Source: Squalus acanthias (Eukaryota). From it: a stretch of DNA of 64,000 nucleotides. The stretch spans positions 260,958,001 through 261,022,000 of the forward strand of contig CM059425.1 in NCBI GenBank assembly GCA_030390025.1, read 5' to 3'. The notes beneath the pieces were generated by a model that made no database searches, had not been told where the DNA came from, and worked only from the letters and a program-made list of their open reading frames with translations. Below, piece after piece: positions 61,000 to 64,000 of this stretch. The number at the start of each line of letters is the position of its first letter. The stretch's first letter is position 1. A program made the position numbers and the translations under genes.

Positions 61000-63900
61000 G
61001 CATCAAGTGAGAATGAGAGATGCTGCATTAGCTTCCAATATTGTTGGCAGAATGTCCATCGAGCTCCAGGGGGGTTAAATTGATTAGCGGGGAGAACGGG
61101 CGTGGGGATGGCGGTACGCGATGAACCCACGTCCCAGATTGTGCTGCACGCAACAGGTAAAATCCGTGCTACCTGCTGATTTCCATGATTGCTGCATGCA
61201 GCCAGCGCTACCCGCGCTGTTGATTGGTTGCACGCATCAGGAGGGGGACCGAAATCGGGAATGCACAATGCCATTTAAAGGCAGCAAGCACCTCTTAAAG
61301 GGGAGGTGGATTGGAGTTTCTAGAAGTGGTCTGAGAAACTGACCTGAGAGACCTATCACACAAATGACTGACCCTGGGAGACAGCGGGCACCAAGGTTCT
61401 CTGACACTGCACTGGAGGCCTTGGCGCAGGAGATGGAGAGGAGGAGGGACATTCTCCCAGAGGGGAAGAGAGCCCTGATAGCATAGGCTGAGGAAGCAGT
61501 GGGAGGAGATCGCAGAGGAGGTGAATGCGAAGAATGTGGACCCACATACCTGGATGCAGTGGGAAGAAGTTCAATTATCTGACAAGAGTTGTCAAGGTCA
61601 ATCTTCAAATGGCTTCTCATAACAGCTGCACCACTATCCTCATCACTGCTGAATTGACACCACCCACATCCCCCACCACCTACAATTTCTTCAACATTTC
61701 TGAACACTTCAATCAACATGCTTGACGTCACCCTCTCGCATGCAGTAATGTAGAAAACTTCACACCAACAACTTGCATCTGTAGGTGGTTTGCTCTGGTG
61801 GTTCGAATCGCCCCTTCTACTTGGTTCTATATGACAGGAATTACAGTGAACAGGATTGGGACACAGACAAGCTTTTCAGACACAACCGTACGGTGTTTAA
61901 TAAGGTTAACACACACACCCACCTCCAGTATGTAAAATGCCTGGTGGCATAAAACAAACAGTCCAACAATACAACTTGGCCCGTCGAACAGGCCCCTGTC
62001 TCGTAGTAAGATGCCTAAAATCACACTGTGTTGCAATACAGAGTATAAAATACACACAGAACCTCCCCACTAAACCCCTCTGGATTGGTTGGGACACACA
62101 ACACTCCCTCACACAGTACCGGTGGTCTTAAGGATGCGTGGGCTTGGACAATGCTCACCCCGATTGTCCGTTTTCTTGCTCGCTGTTCCCCTGTGTAGAA
62201 AGTGTCTCCTGGTTCCGTATCGCCGATACAGTATCCAGTCCCAGTTTCGAGGTTCGTTCCTACAGTCGAAGAGCAAGGCGAGGCTCTAGTTGCTCGTGGT
62301 GGTTTCGAGCAAGCGAGAGAGAGATAGAGAAATGGCAAAAGCTGCCTTCTCTATATACCCTAAAAGTTCCTTCTGGTCTGTGTAGTTGCAGTGATGTTTT
62401 TTTTTAATCATCCTTCTTTATCTGGTTTCCCAGCTTTCGGGGCTATCCCATCTAGGTGCTGGTGATAATGGCAGATGATGGGCCGCACTGCTCACCTGAT
62501 CCTGGGTTAAGTGGCTTCCCATTAATTTACAATGGCCCTCTTTTGTCCGGTTACCGCCTTTCGGGGCTATCTCATCTAGGTGCTCGTCACCGTATGAGTC
62601 ACCTCCCCGGACCCATTTGGGGAGAAATTCAGTATCACCCCATTTGGGGCGCAATTATCGGCCAGGCGCAAAGATTAGCACCTGGTGCTAATTATCCCCT
62701 CCGACTGCAAACTTTTTTTTTGTCGCCCCTGGAGGTGATTGGAGCTCTAAATCAAGCGCTACACACCTGTCTTAAGGCGCAAAGGCCGAGGAGCGAGGCG
62801 CTAACTCAGAGCGCTGGCGAGGCGCTAACTCAGAGCGCTGGCGAAGCTCATGTGATGTCAGTCAGCAATGGAACACAGACACAATGGCGCCGGCCAGTTC
62901 TTAAAGGGGAGGGTTGATCTTGTTTTCCATCCACATCCTGCTCATTGCAGCCTTGAATCTCAGCCTGGAGAGACCTGTACATCAAATCTGCTGGAAAGAA
63001 CAATGGAGAGTACCAGGGAAAGAGCTCAGAGTGCAGCCCCCACAGTCTCTTCTAAATCGATACAAGGAAGGGCAAATAAAAATGAACCTGCAAAGTGCTG
63101 CTCAGTACCCAAAACTCCTTCACACAGCGTTGAATCTGTCCAGAAGTCTCTCTCTCTCTCTCTATCTCAGAATGCGTGGTTAAAAATGTCACCAACAAAA
63201 AAAGGCAGGAAGCGGTCGCCTTTAAATAGCGCTCCCCCAGTCCCTTCCTGATTGCAAAATGCTCCCCTCAAACTGTTGTTGCTAGCGGCAGGCGGTAAGG
63301 CAGGGGGCACCACTCAATCTCCGCTCCGGGGCGTTGCGCACTCGACTGATGTCACGATCTGCCGGCGCAGGAGGTCGTGGTGGTAGTGTTTAGCGCCACC
63401 GCAAAATGTCTAGTTAATTTCGCGAGCGGCGCAAACATCGTCGCGCCCGGGCGCTAGTTGCTTTGCGCCCCATTTGCGGCCTCTTAAGGCGCTAATGGGA
63501 GGCGCAACCAACTGAATTTTTCCCCCATTATCTTCCCAGAGAAATCTGTCTGCCCAGACATTCCACCATAATTAGTTAGTAGGCCTGGCTGGAATCTCCT
63601 GTCCACGAACACCTGGGTCCCTCCCATCTTCTCCAAACAGGTTGCTGGTCAAATCAGCAGTAACAGTCATTCAAAATGTCCGATACAAAAAAAAAATCCT
63701 TGGGGCCTGCGTTGATGTTTACACATCTGACACACATACTGCCAGCTATTCAGGTATGACAGCCACATCACCCAGACACATTGCAGAACACTCACAAACA
63801 CACTCAAAAAAAAAGCTGGATCTGGTGCTGGGGAATGAGGTGGGCCAGGTCGACCAAGTGTCTGTGGGAGAACACTTGGCTACGAGTGATCATCGTATCA

Positions 63901-64000
63901 TTAGATTTAGCTTAGCAATGGAGAGGAGCAAGGACCAATCTAGAGTGGAACTTCTAAACTGGAATAGGGCTAACTTCAATGGGATGCGAAAGGATCTAGC

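Larger units (their letters stand above)
38866..64000 (+). repeat. Tandem segmental duplication, second copy of 1..26295
   Basis: Colinear near-identity throughout. The offset is 38865 at the start and 37705 at the window end; the shift is explained mainly by VNTR copy numbers and small indels. Confidence 0.97.

Overview
Eukaryotic, repeat-rich vertebrate DNA, most likely from a shark or other elasmobranch, judging from the CR1/L3 and RTE LINEs, Deu-type tRNA SINEs, Harbinger-type MITEs and solo LTRs. The window is a tandem segmental duplication: 1..26295 is repeated at 38866..64000. Each copy carries one complete five-exon gene on the minus strand that the ORF track does not assemble: leader, V-set Ig, V-set Ig, transmembrane exon with an intramembrane Lys, and a 9-residue tail (309 aa, all splice sites GT-AG and phase-compatible). 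The first domain resembles the Siglec-15 V-set domain and keeps the Arg after the F-strand Cys, but the second domain is another V-set rather than C2-set. The two copies differ almost only by amino-acid-changing substitutions in the Ig exons (about 24 of 26), while the leader and the intron between them are nearly identical. This suggests a rapidly diversifying family of activating Siglec-15-like V-V receptors. Also notable: a 30-bp intronic VNTR (56 vs 7 units) whose unit resembles a 12-spacer RSS, a PU.1/IRF/RUNX-type promoter, an intact full-length CR1 with a duplicated RT segment fused to its 5' end, and many nested transposon insertions with readable target-site duplications. Family assignments come from motif recognition by eye; no database searches were run.
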